A DNA stretch of 48,659 bases, filler included, from Sphacelaria rigidula (lineage: Eukaryota), in the NCBI GenBank assembly GCA_964200075.2. It is 3 parts of 3 records of this genome, joined end to end, with 100 filler letters (N's around TTAATTAATTAA, not from the genome) between each part and the next. Parts side by side here need not be neighbours in the genome. Positions count along the whole stretch, not along the records: positions 32,509 to 48,659 come from CAXNAA020001461.1; 2 more parts are not named here. One strand, written 5' to 3'. Within the stretch, counting starts at the first letter, position 1. Each line of letters begins with the position of its first letter. The position numbers and the translations under genes are program-made. Of this stretch, positions 46,701 to 48,659 are shown in pieces. The notes under the pieces were generated by a model. That model was not told the origin of the DNA, ran no database searches, and saw nothing but the letters and a program-made list of their open reading frames with translations.

Positions 46701-48131
46701 TAACGCAGTATGTGAGTGTCAAATGCGCGAACGATCGCCGGTGACGAAATTTTGTCGGGAGAGGGGGGAAGGGATACGCTGTCAAAATGTGGAGTACGAA
46801 TGATGAAATGTTGTTACGGCCGACGTTATCAGCCGCATTTTCGAAGAGACGGTGATTCTCTCTATGTCTGCTTTATCCCCGCGCTTGTTCCCTTTTGCTC
46901 GCTTCATTTACTCTCCTCTCCGGGAAACTCTATTCAGGATATTCTCACGTGAAGAGGAACGACACCACAGCGGCAACGTACACCAGGTTCTGCTCGCTCA
47001 AAGCGCGAATCACGGGTTGTGGGCAGGTCTCCTCGGCCACTTTGACGGCAACTGCCATCAACACAAAGAGGGCGCGAGGGGAGCGGGTTGGGGGGAAGGA
47101 CATGGTATACGCATGAAGCAGCAAACAAGGGGCGCGGGGGGTAACCACGTGAGATAGATGCGTCGCGGGCGCAAAACCAAACCTGAGGCGGTGTTGGTAC
47201 ACATCATAATATTGATACATCGCTGCAGTTCCGAACATTATTCCTGGAATTTCAAAAAGTAGCATGATCTATATAGTGAATGATCCAATAATACGGTATC
47301 TATAAAAGTGTATATTTCCCGTCATATGTTCGACCCCTTCTCTTCCTCGGGACGAATCCGTACGCTAAAGGAATCATTTCATATCTCCCACCGGCCGAGT
47401 AAACCGCTGGCATTCTGGTATCGCGGACTGATCAGGACTCCCGCGCCGCATCGACTCTTGCCAAACCTTCCTTCCTACTCGCGCCCACGTTTCTCCAACG
47501 ACGGGAACCAGATTCTGCTAGAAAAAAATGAATACGTCAGTTTCAAATCCTCTACTTTCCGCCGTAACCGACGATCGACGCAGCAGTACGACCCTCTGGG
47601 CGCGGCGATATGCTCATTGGTATGTGCCGACGTCTCCCGACACAACGCAACTGAGCTCACGAAAAGACCCCGGGCAAGTAAACTGTGAATATACTCGACA
47701 TCATACAAAACGAACGAAGTGTACGCACGTGTGTAGAGCAACGACGAAGGTAGAAAGCGGGATGGCGAGAACACTAGACTAGAGGGAAGGAGAATTACCA
47801 GATCGAGAGAAAATGTACACCGACCATAAGGAGACGCAACACGAACGAAGGTGCACTGGAACAGGGTAAATAAAACAGTGAGCACCAGAATGAGTATCAT
47901 ATTGGACCGTTCACAGCAACAAAAACTGCGTTCATTGCTGTCATCGTTCAGTACACTCGAAGGGGCTCGTCGCCGTATCTCATGAACTGCAGTCTAAAGG
48001 GGAGGGGCACTGCTAAGACTTATAGATGTGCCGCCTGCGTGACATGTTCTGTGTGCTCACTTGTGGTGGCCACAAGCCATACGGACAGCACACGCAGTTC
48101 CGGCGAAATCGCGAAAATATCATCGACGTTC
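34663..48131 (-). CDS. Transmembrane + RGS-domain protein (7TM-RGS-like), partial: exons 48061-48131, 46949-47051, [unresolved exon], 40670-41195, 34663-34791; 5' and terminal exons not found
   Basis: RGS motifs FEEFARKALCQESVLFLQEVTR|Y and FQKITKGFIVDGSPDEVNI(S) join in phase. Upstream hydrophobic exons NVDDIFAISPELRVLSVWLVATT|IAVKV...QNLVYVAAVVSFLFT join in phase and look like terminal TM helices. Confidence 0.75.
35661..35893 (+). repeat. 5' LTR (233 bp)
   Basis: TGTAGCC...GGCTACA terminal inverted repeat; aligns with 40126-40383. Confidence 0.93.
36088..37172 (+). pseudogene. gag, frameshifted, with degenerate zinc knuckle
   Basis: ORF 36088-36561 then frame changes; CYNHGDTGHMIKDC knuckle and RGG-rich tail in 36681-37172. 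Confidence 0.75.
37182..37811 (+). pseudogene. Retroviral-like aspartic protease, degenerate
   Basis: ARVIPGSGS in place of the D[ST]G catalytic motif; downstream FAVMPG..NVILFGMATMKELGID matches the protease C-terminal motif. Confidence 0.65.
37810..40047 (+). CDS. Truncated pol: RT N-terminal stub fused to RNase H tail, integrase and chromodomain
   Basis: WASPAMAVPK..RLASDYQAVN (RT start) runs directly into YRYVLEHIP..HNCGGDLVSR (RNase H end); zinc finger H..GH..CLHC; DDE core HLDF/VSDTATHF/SNSACER; WTGPWRV; chromodomain DWEGF...RTWESL. Confidence 0.88.
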   Translation, partial: NGIVSMRSFQSANEEEAPADEAVERLVDRGPDMFMDPAEGRCARERALEDSVQHAQQKGLSADGAHCLRDILARRVDTFRRAVRGDPPARVEPMRVQLKPQAKAVKAKPRRYDPVKTGWLASCIAASVAFGLLVGNIQAVWASPAMAVPKRNTVRLASDYQAVNAQVEQSPGVMPSQQDMRELLRAQQYRYVLEHIPEEHNCGGDLVSRLVKIPTMLVRSVAVYSSCDADDSLPSLDVIRIAQRKTVGDGVHSFPRTFDHAALADDSLFRVRVGSNDALWIPLDDKALQTRLMVCDHMRSAGHRGVAPTLFRLYCVWPHMDSHVREFVRQCLHCVDTRAGAIVPRPYGDTVHDTAPGEVVHLDFLYVGSSGPEGANGLPDYDGFRYVLVIMGDLSNFVCLEPTEASTAELTAKHLLHSCKTLGVPRVWVSDTATHFKNRVIAQLSDALKVQHQFAVAYTPWSNSACERMVKEVIRALRSTLSEQRRSVSEWIDVSPAAQWALNTCFRERYRNTPYCVMFARAPRTAFSALAFVTGGEWNIDVMDADSLRDKVRGVVDEQARFCDEVQAAVAVTRETKRELAQGQAVLLEFAVGDFVLYARVRRQGVTPKVMSTWTGPWRVVGADHAHVYWAQNIVSGAVHSAHVARLRFYADPQLHITGEIKDVFQHSYAQGECRLNALVHVAEDVNGDAIVLADWEGFGFEERTWESLRKIHSSAPEFVSKELRKMRLTRALTSTLASEYGISL
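40126..40383 (+). repeat. 3' LTR (258 bp)
   Basis: TGTAGCC...GGCTAAA; roughly 10% substitutions by eye plus 3-bp and ~22-bp indels relative to the 5' LTR; short GGGGG tract just upstream. Confidence 0.93.
40670..41195 (-). CDS. Linker plus first half of the RGS domain
   Basis: tccag|AT CCA TTC...GTT ACC AG|gtgaaa; ends WTYERVAAVPEFTAAFEEFARKALCQESVLFLQEVT; 5' boundary less certain. Confidence 0.8.
41617..41666. repeat. (GTCACG/GCCACG)n hexamer tandem repeat
   Basis: gtcacggtcacggccacggtcacggtcacggtcacggccacggtcacgg. Confidence 0.85.
43419..43670 (+). mobile_element. Family C element spanning a 10-N gap (extra internal fragment at ~43160-43210)
   Basis: Homologous to 29781-30086; ends GGTCAATGGTCATATGACTATGGCATGCATGATCATGAGTACACCCCCC. 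Confidence 0.65.
44438..44662 (-). mobile_element. SINE family A, 3' half
   Basis: tattctggacgccggtctgcacc...gccggggtcaca...gcgagagggg...cctcgtcgacc matches 2016-2220. Confidence 0.72.
46949..47051 (-). CDS. Transmembrane exon of the RGS gene
   Basis: Polypyrimidine tract...ggcag|TT GCC GTC...TTC AC|gtgaga; AVKVAEETCPQPVIRALSEQNLVYVAAVVSFLFT. Confidence 0.65.
48061..48131 (-). CDS. Transmembrane exon of the RGS gene
   Basis: cgcag|G AAC GTC GAT GAT...ACA A|gtgagc; NVDDIFAISPELRVLSVWLVATT; phase 1 matches the next exon. Confidence 0.65.
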
Positions 48132-48194
48132 CTGCGCGACGAGGCGAATGTAGAACCGATAACAGAGCAAGGGCAAAATGTAGTAACGGCCGCG

Positions 48195-48229
48195 GAAGCA
48201 GCAGCAGCAGAGGCAGCAGAGGCAGCAAC
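48195..48229. repeat. (GCA)n-type microsatellite
   Basis: gaagcagcagcagcagaggcagcagaggcagcaac. Confidence 0.7.
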
Positions 48230-48659
48230 ATAAAAAAGTATGGTAAACCGCCGAGTTCAATTGCCCACCTACTAAGCACACCGTTCTTTACCCACGAAGC
48301 ATAAGGCCTTCGTTCAAAAATAAAGGCGAATCGCGCGAACTCCGTCATGTGGGGCATCGAGACCGAATAATAATCGGCTGTACACGGATGCCCTCAGCGG
48401 GAAAACTGGGTGTGGAGACAAATGTGCTTGCTATGGCAAGGCGCGAATGTAGTGCACTCTGCATGTGAGCAAATCACAACACGAATGATACTTTACATGG
48501 AAGGCAGGGGGCAGCGCAGAAACAAATTCATGACACGTAGGCCCCAAGATCGAAAAATTGAGTTTGTGAGGGGAAGGGGGGGGGGGGGGGGGGGACTATT
48601 TTTTTGTTTGCCCTTATGTGTTCGAGCACCCCCCACCCAGCCTTTTCCGGGCGGAGCAC

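Noticed and set aside
41200..46940. Candidate missing RGS-gene exon (acceptors near 42841, 41778, 44988 and 46307)
   Set aside because: None clearly satisfied phase 2 in, phase 1 out with a convincing peptide; left unresolved.
48568..48596. G-run near the window end as a functional G-quadruplex or LINE tail
   Set aside because: It is not followed by the LINE terminal motif, and a homopolymer alone is insufficient evidence.

Overview
Eukaryotic, very intron-rich genomic DNA. The short exons, roughly 1 kb introns and gene/repeat content suggest a stramenopile, most likely a brown alga (inference). The window is stitched from contigs with two artificial 100-nt spacers (N44-TTAATTAATTAA-N44) and one 10-N gap. 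Spliced genes reconstructed by hand with consistent intron phases: (1) the 3' 13 exons of coatomer gamma (COPG, +, 588-14282), including a probable GC-AG intron and a duplicated, frame-compatible alternative exon tail; (2) a TPR-like gene on the minus strand (~17.6-22.0 kb, possibly decaying), head-to-head with (3) proteasome alpha-4/PSMA7 (+, 22851-30188, last exon not found); (4) part of a membrane-anchored RGS gene of the 7TM-RGS type (-, 34663-48131). One RGS intron carries a 4.7-kb Ty3/Gypsy chromovirus with both LTRs and a GCTT target-site duplication. Its pol has lost the RT core and almost all of RNase H in frame but keeps an open integrase-chromodomain frame. The introns also hold a tRNA-derived SINE family (one copy with a nested piggyBac-like MITE), LINE 3' fragments ending in C-rich rather than poly(A) tails, a ~300-bp element sharing that LINE 3' end, and two inverted-repeat elements sharing a telomere-like 19-mer. 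No CRISPR, rRNA or true tRNA was seen. Most ORFs in the supplied track are spurious intronic frames.
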